From Octopus sinensis (taxonomy: Eukaryota), in assembly GCF_006345805.1 (NCBI RefSeq), contig NC_043010.1, positions 55,676,001-55,740,000 on the forward strand: DNA of 64,000 nt, read 5' to 3'. This document shows, in pieces, positions 53,945 to 64,000 of the stretch; position 1 is the stretch's first letter; each line of letters begins with the position of its first letter. The position numbers and the translations under genes were made by a program. The notes beneath the pieces were generated by a model. That model had not been told where the DNA came from, did no database searches, and worked only from the letters and a program-made list of their open reading frames with translations.

Positions 53945-54460
53945 CATTTATATATATATATATATACATCCACGTGTATACATTCGATGTATTCATGATA
54001 TGAATGTTGCACACGTAAATCAAAGACAACTGTTACTAGGATTATAACTCTGTATGCTACGTAAGACAAGGGAAAAAGGCAAAAATATATTTGCTATTCA
54101 GGAGCAGGCTATCGTCAGCACACGACGTCTTGAGAGGAAGCTGTGTAAATCATGTAAGCTTCATGATAAATGTCACCTATGTGAGCGGTTTACTGAAACA
54201 ATTCATCATTTTGCCGTTCTGTTATAGTTTTGTTTTTGTTTTTTGATGTTGTTGTATTTTTGTGGGTTTTTTTGTTTTGTTTTTATTCGCTTATTTATTT
54301 ATTGTTTGCGTTTATACCTTCTAGCTTTGTTACAAAATATTCTTAGAAATAGAATCTAGCGAAGATGTTACATTGTACGCATGCTCGCCAAACACCGTGT
54401 TGTTACTTCATATAACCATGTATAAATAGACAGATTTTGGTAGGTCTGTAGGTAGGAAGG

Positions 54461-54517
<57 letters not shown>

Positions 54518-54715
54518 GATAGATAGATCATTTTGAGATATTTCTAGTAAATATATATATAATATATATATATATATGTGTATATATATGTATATATACA
54601 TATATATACATATGTATATATATATGAATATATAATATATATGTATATATATGTATATATATACATATATATACATATGTATATATACATATATATATAT
54701 ATGCATATATATTAC

Positions 54716-54754
<39 letters not shown>

Positions 54755-54778
54755 CATATATATATACATATATATATG

Positions 54779-54812
<34 letters not shown>

Positions 54813-54872
54813 ATATATATATATATATATATAAATATATATATATATATTATATATATATAATATATATGA

Positions 54873-54905
<33 letters not shown>

Positions 54906-55490
54906 AATATATATATATATACATATATATATATTATATATCAGATGGAAAATAATCACAAGATTTCACAGAATTCTCTCGTGCATACAAATTAACAACT
55001 AGCAAGCACCAAAAATCACCAAATCCTCCATTGCTTTTGTTCTGTTCTCATTGCCATTTTCTTGTTATGTCAGATTTGTGTTGTGTTGCGTTGTGTATTT
55101 GTCCGTCTTCGTAAGGTTTTTGCCTCTATACTATTTTGAGTTTGTCTTATTTTCTGGGGGGTTTGGGGGTGGGAGGGTGGGTGTAGGTTGTGTTTTTTTT
55201 TTTACGTGTGAGAAGTTGCTGTTTGCGTGTGTTTGTTTTTAACGTTTTTCCTGTTGCTGGGGAAATGAGATACTGAAATTCCGTTCACCGTGGGCCTTCT
55301 TACAGCACCGACATGGGTAATACATAGGAAAGCTGGCGAGAAAGAGTGGGGGGGGGAGGAGGAGGAGCAGGAGAAGAAGAAGAAGAAGAAGAAGAAGAAG
55401 AAGAAGAAAAAGAACAACAACAAAAAGAACAACAACAACAACAACCACAACAACAGTAGTAGCAGTAGCAACAATATGACGACGACGATA

Positions 55491-55558
<68 letters not shown>

Positions 55559-55639
55559 GAAGAAGAAGAAGAAGAAGAAGAGTTACGGAAGATGCTGATG
55601 ATGATGATGACGGTGATGATGATGATGATGATGATGATT

Positions 55640-55686
<47 letters not shown>

Positions 55687-55759
55687 GGTGGTGGTGGTGA
55701 TGACGACGACGACGACGACGATGATGATGATGAAGAAGATGATGATGATGATTATGAAG

Positions 55760-56185
55760 ATACCCTTCGGTCATGCATGACCACGGGATTGTACCTAGGA
55801 AGTTCACTTCCGAGGCATAACTCAGGCAATGTTGTTTTTATGGAAGACCAGCAGTCGCCCATGCATACCAGCTTCCTCTCTCAGTGGTAAGAGCTTCGGG
55901 CTCACAATCATGAGGCAGTAAGTTCGAATCCCTGACTGGTCCGTGTGTTGTGTTCTTGAGCAAGACACTTTATTTCACATTTCACCAGTCCACTCAGCTG
56001 TAGAAATGAGTTGCGATATCACTGGTGCCAAGCTAGATCGGCCCCTTTGCCTATCCCTTGGACAACATCGGTGGGGTGGAGCATAAAGATTAGTGTGCAT
56101 GAGTGACTGCTGGTCTTCCATAAACAATCTTATCCGGACTTGTACCTCGAAGGGGACCTTTCTAGGTGAAATCACATGGTCGTTC
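55760..56185. mobile_element. CORE-like SINE (55883-56185, +) head-to-head with a minus 3' fragment (55760-55870) of the same family
   Basis: gtgttgtgttcttgagcaagacactttatttcac core; ctgctggtcttccataaa tail in both orientations; same family as 63525-63845. Confidence 0.8.
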
Positions 56186-56399
56186 ATAAATTTAATATAA
56201 AATACCAAATCTTTTGGTGCGTGACTTTTCGCCCACCCTGCATTTAAATTACAGCTGAGCACTATTACAACACCATCTGAGGGACATTCTCATTCGCACA
56301 AACTACCTTCCATTTCAGGTATTGTTACCAACAATCATCCAGATATACCTGTAATATATCCATCCTAAAGAGCACTGGTTCTTTAGGATGGATATTTTG

Positions 56400-57060
56400 C
56401 AGGTACCCTGGTTTAGGTAGTGGGTAGCGATTTTCTTCACTACTTCAGGGAGTGACGATCCTGTCTGACACGAGTCCCGGTCTCAGCTAGCTCCGGCTGA
56501 CAGTACCCGGTATGGGCCCCTATCCAGGGTTACGGAAAGGAGACAACCTTCAAAGAAATACGAAGTGGTGCCCCGTAGGTGTTTTAGTGTTTGACTCGAC
56601 ACTCTTCTGGCAGCTCCTGCAACCAAGCTGGTGCCAAATGTAATGCTCTGCACTCTGCTGGACTACGTCAGCAAGGTCAAAAGAGGAATCCTGACGACTG
56701 GGCTACCCAGGATTTTCTTACATCTAGCCCAGGCCTGCGCAAAACTGGAGAGGAAACTGGAGAGGACATGAAATGTAAAAACCAGACTGGATAAGTTTAT
56801 GCGTAACTCCATTGTCTCCAGAGACAAAAGGATGCCGACTACAACAAAGAACACTGGTAACAACAGCAATAGCTTCAATAGCCATCGGACATTCTATTGG
56901 GAAGCACACTATGAACGGTAAGTGTAGAAATGAACTAAATCTATGATATTGTCTGAAGCGGCTCTGGTTAGGACATCATGGAGGCATACAAAAGCAGAAT
57001 GGATAGTGGAACAGGCATTTACACACTGTTATGTTGCACTACTCACTATAAATGCATGCC
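56400..57060 (+). mobile_element. Possible RTE-clade LINE 5' fragment
   Basis: GC-richer unique stretch ending in decayed APE-start-like peptides (IG..TMNGK..., DIME..SRMDSGTG.YT); similarity is weak. Confidence 0.3.
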
Positions 57061-57789
57061 GGTGTGCACTGTTCTTATGTTTAGATAGTTATCGTAGCTC
57101 TTTGTTGTAAAGATCTACGACAGCTATCTAAATAAAAGAAAGGAAATATTTACTATGTGTATGCACGAAATAAATTAACGCTGTCCAACTGGAACATTGC
57201 AACAACTCCAGATTATAACGACACCTCATACGAATCTTACTGGTAACATTTTGCGTCAGCTACTATTCTTCCAACATGTCCAGCATTTGAAATCCACCAC
57301 ACATCCACATTCACCGCCATCACGACTATATATGTATCAGCTTCTCACATCTCGTGTTTCATATCGCAGCTTTCTTTCTCGCACGCTCAACAAAACAAAC
57401 AACAACAATCAATTCATAAGCACACTTCCAGCATGAAAGTGCATAAACATTTCGATGACCCATCTAACAAAGAAGGAAAACGTAGATAATTCTCAAGTAT
57501 TTTAAGCAAGCATTGGTAGTTCAGAGAACGCGATCTATGTCTTTATAGATATAAGCTGTCACTTTGAGTTTCAATGTTTTGATTCGTATGATAAGTTTTG
57601 ACAATACAAGAGCCATAATCTATGTTTGTAAAAGCCTGATTTATTGTTCCCGCAGCCATAATTTTATTTATTCCCAATCCTGTTATTTTACGCTTATTCA
57701 TATGTTAACTATTATGTGATCTCCGGCGATATAGTTTGAAGATCGAATAAACGAATAAGCTCCGGTTATACACCCTACCAAGTCAAATA

Positions 57790-58379
57790 CACGGTGTCCC
57801 AGAAATATTTACCTATAGAATATCGGTTTAGGTAATATTATCTACATTTTACATAAAGGTTTGCAAATGTCATTTGATCGTCTATCTATGGTTTCGTTCG
57901 TCTACAACAGGTTTGTAAACAAATATGGCGTCGAAAGCAATACGTGACCAGATTATCTCTTTGAAAACGGCTGGTGTGAGCAACAAGGACATAACAAAAC
58001 AGTTGAATGTGTGCCGGAAAACAGTCTTCAATATCTGGAAAAGATACATGGAGTCCGTTACTACGTCTTGCAAGCCAATTCGTAGTAGGAAATGGTCAAT
58101 TCGTACCAAACAAACTGTAGTAGCTGTGAAGAAGCTAATGAACCAAGATATGCAGGATTTTTAAAGAGAATTTAAAGCTAACTGCATACAAGAAACAACT
58201 CCGTGATCACAAGCTTGCAGGCTATGATCAAGGCGAAAGGTGATCATTTTGAAGTATAATTACTGCAATGGATTGACAATGTAAATTAGAACGCGTGTGC
58301 TAAAATTTCATTAGCCTACCTTGAGTTTATTTTGAATAATTAAGAAATATCAATGGGTAAATCTTTCTTAGACACACTG
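57790..58379 (+). mobile_element. Internally deleted Tc1-like DNA transposon
   Basis: Imperfect TIRs cacggtgtcccagaaatatttacc / ggtaaatctttcttagacacactg with TA flanks; N-terminal HTH IRDQIISLKTAGVSNKDITKQLNVCRKTVFNIWKRY; C-terminal remnant LQAMIKAKGDHFE; DDE core missing. Confidence 0.8.
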
Positions 58380-58438
58380 TATTTACGCTTCTAACATGAA
58401 ACTTGAGTTACTTTGCTGATTTATTAAGTTACTTTATA

Positions 58439-59007
58439 TTGGGTTGTCCGGAAAGTTCGTGCCGATTTTTAAAGGAAAGAAAAAGGTAAATAAATACTTG
58501 CTATTACATTTTAATCAACCAAATATGAACCATTTTTTTTTTTGCACAATGCGTCTTTATCTTTCCTTTAACTTGAAAATACCCTCTTCCCGGAATTGAG
58601 GGGGTTTCATGGCAAAAAATTTATCAAGGTATCTTTTTACGTCATCCAAGGAATTGAAATTTTTACCATTAAGACTATTCTGTAGAGACCTGAAAAAGTG
58701 GAAATCCGAAGGAGCAATATCTGATGAATATGGAGGGTGGGGTAACACATTCCAGCTGAGCTGCAGCAATTTTGTCTGGTTCCCAAAGCATCAAGTGCCG
58801 GAAATGAACTTTCTTATCTTCCATTTCAAAGGGTTACAGAATTAACACAGGTTATAGGAACATAAACCTTCTTCCCACGAAAAGATAGCTTAAACTGTGC
58901 TCTAAATGGAGGTGTAGTCAAATCTTATTCTATGGACTCAACCATGTTCTAAAATAAGTTGAAACGTAAGCTACTATAAATCGGCACGAACTTTCCGGAC
59001 AATCCAA
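58439..59007 (-). mobile_element. Internally deleted mariner element
   Basis: ~28-bp TIRs ttgggttgtccggaaagttcgtgccgattt / aaatcggcacgaactttccggacaatccaa with TA TSD; WNVLPHPPYSSDIAPSDFHFFRSLQNSL (YSPDLAPSD motif). Confidence 0.92.
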
Positions 59008-59371
59008 TACAAAAACAAATTTTAACTTTCAAATACACTGAGTACTTTTATTTACTTACACTACGATTCAATGACCAAGTAGTTCACTTAATCGACCACC
59101 TTCAACAATCATACTCGAAACCAAAAGAAATCCATTTACTTTTTACTAATCGTGGACTCTTCTGTGGATTCTTCTGTCGCAGATTGCAGAAGTGTTGTGA
59201 AATTTATTGATGGATAATGTGCACCAATGATTTTGTTTACTGTAATCAAATGTTAGTACTATATATTAACTCGCTCCTTCCATCAAATTCACATTAGCTC
59301 TACAGGTACACGGTGTGCCACATGTCAGATGTTGAAGTGGTCACACAGCAACGTTAGATAAAGCGTTTTGC

Positions 59372-59817
59372 GGATCTTTTCTGTTTGAACGGCAGTTTTT
59401 AACATAATTTCTAGGTAACTAAAAAATTTTAAACTTCGTATACTGGTAGAATGTGTTTATAAAACATCTTTTTCTCTTGGCTTTATTGAGAAAATTCTAT
59501 AGTTTGTAAGCTATTTGTCGTAGTTTTTTCTTCAATTTCTGCAATTTCAACCAATCAATGACCGTCTATTGAGGTGAAAACATTCCGTGCCGTATGAATA
59601 TGTCCCTCGTTTAAGAAACAGATTGGGTCTATTTACATTTGTGAAGAAAAAAAATATACTCTTCCCCCACCCCTAACCCGAACCCGAACCCTAACCCTAA
59701 CTAACCCTAACCCTAAAACAGATTGAAATTCAATAGATCGATACTAAGGTCATAATTATGGGTGACAATTTCATATGACACCGCTAGAAAAAACTGCTGT
59801 TCAAACTGAAAAGATCC
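59372..59817. mobile_element. MITE with ~29-bp TIRs and an 8-bp TSD, carrying telomere-like repeats
   Basis: ggatcttttctgtttgaacggcagttttt / aaaaactgctgttcaaactgaaaagatcc; TSD cgttttgc at 59364-59371 and 59818-59825; (CCCTAA/CCCGAA)n at 59670-59716. Confidence 0.85.
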
Positions 59818-60804
59818 CGTTTTGCTAATAAATACAACGCACTGCTCGATCCAGGAATCGAAATCACGACCATACAGTCGTGGAGGGGAAACAACTTTTA
59901 ACCACTAAGTTATTTTAAGCAAGTAGCTTTTACTTATATATGTATTTATGCATTATGTACGTTTATATATGTGTGTGTGTGTGTATTGCATGTGTGTGCG
60001 TATGTGTGTGTGCATGTGTGTGTACGCATTGCACCATCTTAATTGCAAGATAAATATTTGAATAAAAAGCGAAACGTGATGAAGTAAAATTTGAATGTGT
60101 ACTGATCTGTCTATTAAAGACAAGCTGTTTGTTTACAAGATCGTCTTTTGTTTTGCTGGAGATTGTCAGTGTTGTGTCTATGAAGACAACACAGCACCCA
60201 GATGACATCGTAAATTTCCTCCCGCTCCACCGCCTCCACTGAAGGCTACTCGTTTATCAACATTAAAATCTTTCTTATGCGTCCAATCGTATGTTGCAAT
60301 TCCCGTCTTGACAATGTTCTAAAATTAGCACGTAACAAAACAAGATTCTTAATAGATGTGTCGCAATCTTGTTTCTATCTCTTTCCCCTCTGGATTTAAA
60401 TATATTTCAAACATCCTCCCACATCCCTCTGTGTCCCTCCTACTTCTTCTCTCTCTCTCATGCGCTCTCTCTTTTTGTCTCTTTTTGTCTCTTTGTCTCT
60501 CAACGCATGTATTGTGTTGTACACGTACTAACGACGAATTGCACATGTAAGTACATGCACACCCATTCACACACGCATGCATACACGCGCGAGTACACAT
60601 ACACACATAAGCACATAGCAACACACACACATACACACAAATATAGAGAGATGTAGATATATAGATATAGATAGGAAGATTGATGGATAGACAGACACAC
60701 AGACACAAAATAGTTGGACAGATAGATAGAGAGACAGATAGATAGACAGATAGATAGACACATAAGAAGACAGACAGACAAATAGACAGACAGACCAACA
60801 GACT

Positions 60805-60809
<5 letters not shown>

Positions 60810-60859
<50 letters not shown>

Positions 60860-60880
60860 GGATGGATGGATGGATGGATG

Positions 60881-60950
<70 letters not shown>
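60810..60950. repeat. (AGAT)n/(GGAT)n microsatellite
   Basis: Directly visible; others at 26830-26885, 27050-27105, 40480-40565, 54460-54530 and 62915-63030. Confidence 0.97.
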
Positions 60951-60954
<4 letters not shown>

Positions 60955-61088
60955 GGGCTCTCTCCATTTTGCGCCATATAAATACACACACACACACATA
61001 TATGCAATGGTGTTTACTCTATGGAATTATAGACGTGTGTGTGTATGGATGCGCATATGTATGTATATATATATATGTGTGTGTGTGT

Positions 61089-61137
<49 letters not shown>

Positions 61138-61642
61138 ACGCGTACTTAAAATGGAATACGTTATCCGGCACAACAATGGAAAACAAAAGACTACGCAATC
61201 TTAGCACCACTTAGAGATTTGAAATACTGCTTAACAAAAGGCCTACTCTTAATCAACATTCCGCAAGGGTATCTTCTTTCAATCATAGAATACTTAACGA
61301 CTTACATTTATCTTAAACGTATAACATACCCTTATAGGGAAGTTTATTTATATCAACACGCAAACTTCTCTTCGTTTTAACAAATTATATTTTTCACTCA
61401 GTTGTAAATATATTTATCGAATTCTGAACAAAAATTTTGAATAGATAAAAATTATCACAAAATGATAAGTACATATATAAAACAAATCTGAAATGAATCA
61501 AAATAAACTGGATAAGTTTTATGAAAATATATATGATAAATATATGTGTTGGATGTAAATGTAGTTGTAATCGCCATAATAATTTTTTTCCCGTCTGTTC
61601 CTCTTTCACATAACTTCTAGTTTAGTACACAACTCCCCATGT

Positions 61643-61673
<31 letters not shown>

Positions 61674-61940
61674 CTTATGTATGTATGTGTGTGTGTGTAT
61701 AGGCATGTATGTATGTATAAGTTTTCTTTGAGCTTCATTTAAGTACTTCGTGAGAGAGTTCAAGACTTTTTCAGTTAAGAGATTTCCTGATGTTTGTAAA
61801 TATGTAGTTGAGTTCATGCGTTGGCTGAATCGTCGGTGTATACACCAAAATGTTAGCACCTATTCACATAAGAACCTCAGATGGAGAATATTTGGGAAAG
61901 TCTTACAAACCTTGACTGTGCCACTAATAGATTGGATTTG

Positions 61941-62495
61941 TTGTTTGTTCCTTCTCGAGCCACACCTGGCTCATATGGGCCGGTTTCCCGGTTTCCTTGG
62001 CGTATAGGTTCCCCACCTGGACAGGACACCCGTCCGTCGCAGGTGAGCTGCAAGATGCAGGAGGAAAGAGTGAGAGAAAGTTGTGGCGAAAGAGTCAGGA
62101 GAAGTTCGCCATTACCTTCTGTCGGAGCCGTGTGGAGCTTAGGTGTTTCGCTCATAAACACACACATCGTCCGGTCTGAGATTCGAACCCCGCGATCCCT
62201 CGACCGCGAGTCCGCTGCTCTAACCACTAGGCCATGTAACTCCACCATGCACCCTTTTAAAGCCTAGCCAGGCTCATGGGCCCGGTTTCCCGGTTTCAAT
62301 GGCGTATGTGTTCCCCAGCTGGACGGGACGCCAGTCCAGCGCAACGTTACCCATTTTTGCCAGCTGAGTGGACTGGAGCAACGTGAAATGAAGTGTTTTG
62401 CTCAAGAACACAACGCATCGTCCGGTCCAGGAATCGAAACCACAATCTTACGATCGGGTTGCTGACACCTTAACCACTTGGCCACGCGCCTCCAC
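61941..62495 (-). mobile_element. SINE dimer (CORE-like monomer 62495-62250 + ggag-head monomer 62246-61941) inside one TSD
   Basis: 15-bp TSD aatagattggatttg at 61926-61940 and 62496-62510. Confidence 0.88.
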
Positions 62496-62913
62496 AATAG
62501 ATTGGATTTGGAGAATATGAGTCAGTCCCTTTTGCTCATTTTCTTTGAAACCAAATATGTCTAGGTTTTTGTCCAAATTTGTTGGTACATAACTTAATTC
62601 ACCAATGATGATAGGTACAAATGAAATTCATAGTCGGAGTTCAAGGGCTATGTATGTATGTATGCATTTATGCATGTATGTATGCATGTATGCACGCATA
62701 TATGTATGTATGTACGCATGTATGCATGGTAAATATATGTGTATGTACACAAACACACACGTATATTTCTCAACACGATCTTTAAAGATATTAAGCTATA
62801 CTTCCTTGAAAAGAAGTAAGTTAACTTCAAAATGGATCGAAAATGTTGATTCTCCCTTCTTTAAATTTCTGTTACACTTTAATAGTTACTCTCTTCAGAA
62901 TAAGAAATGACAT

Positions 62914-63005
<92 letters not shown>

Positions 63006-63087
63006 CTGTCTGTCTGTCTGTCTGTCTATCATTCTATCTATCTATCTGGATATATGTGTGTATGTATGCGCGCGTATATATATATAT

Positions 63088-63119
<32 letters not shown>

Positions 63120-63149
63120 GTATATGTGTGTGTATATATATACATGTGT

Positions 63150-63189
<40 letters not shown>

Positions 63190-63414
63190 TGTGTGTGTGT
63201 GTGTGTTCGTGTGTATAGTGAGAATTTACAAAAAAAAAAGAACAGATGTATTAATTTAACGCTTGAGAAGTGAAAATGTCTTTTACGTTTCGAGCCAACG
63301 ATCTTCAATAGAAAGGAATACAGAAATAAAGAGAGAGAGAAAATATATACATACACACATATATATATATACACATATACATATATACATATAGATATAT
63401 ATACATACATGTAT

Positions 63415-63512
<98 letters not shown>

Positions 63513-63524
63513 GAAAATAAAAAA

Positions 63525-63845
63525 ATGACCCCCTTCGGTCAGACACTGACCATGGGTTTGCACCTAGAGAGTTACCCTCTGAGGCACAAGTCTGGGCAAG
63601 GTTGTTTTATGGAAGACCAGCAGTCGCCTATGCATACCGGCCTCCCCTCTGCACGTCACCGATGTTGTCCAAGGGAAAGGCAAGGGCCGATACAGCTTAG
63701 CACCAGTGACGTCGCAACTCATTTCTACAGCTGAGTGAACTGGAGCAACGTGAAATAAAGTGTCTTGCTCAAGAACACAACACGCAGCCCGGTCCGGGAT
63801 TCGAGCTCACAACCTCACGATTGTAAGCTCGACGCTCTAACCAAT
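63525..63845 (-). mobile_element. CORE-like tRNA-derived SINE (tail type C)
   Basis: ttggttagagcgtcgagcttacaatcgtgaggttgtgagctcgaatcccgg head; gttgtgttcttgagcaagacacttta core; homologous to 55883-56185. Confidence 0.88.
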
Positions 63846-64000
63846 ATATATATATATATGTCACTGTTTTTACTTTAACCTCTTCCCCTACAAACGTGTC
63901 CTTCGTACATAGTTAGTCGTCTGCTGCTCTGAATAGGATTGGAAATGCATCAGACGTGAAGAATATTCGCTGGTCAACGTCAATTCATTATTCCAAGAGA

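Noticed and set aside
57925-58769. Functional transposase genes or a SETMAR-like host gene
   Set aside because: Both are internally deleted fragments between TIRs, lacking a complete catalytic domain.
59670-59716. True telomere or chromosome fusion site
   Set aside because: Only ~8 degenerate units, located inside a TIR/TSD-bounded MITE.

Overview
Eukaryotic, AT-rich, microsatellite-saturated genomic DNA. The SINE repertoire and simple-repeat load look like a coleoid cephalopod (Octopus-like); this is inference from sequence character, not a database result. There is one host gene: an intronless class A aminergic GPCR (ATG 14913 to TGA 16958, 681 aa) with alpha2-adrenergic/Oct-alpha2R-type motifs, sitting in a ~7.9 kb zone with no recognisable interspersed repeat. 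The rest is transposon debris and simple repeats. This includes a large, frameshifted L1/Tx1-type LINE running off the left edge plus older fragments, R4/Dong-like RLE 3' ends nested in (TAA)n tracts, a CRE-like RLE fragment, Tc1/mariner deletion derivatives and MITEs, many tRNA-derived SINEs (several with clear TSDs), a 35-unit 30-bp tandem array, and several foldback elements. The most interesting observation is a tRNA-headed SINE (41077-41490, minus strand) whose tail carries an intact minimal type-I hammerhead ribozyme of the kind known from Penelope-like elements, next to an inverted partial copy of its own tail. Nearly all other ORFs in the supplied track are microsatellite artefacts. 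No CRISPR array, rRNA or bona fide tRNA gene is supported.
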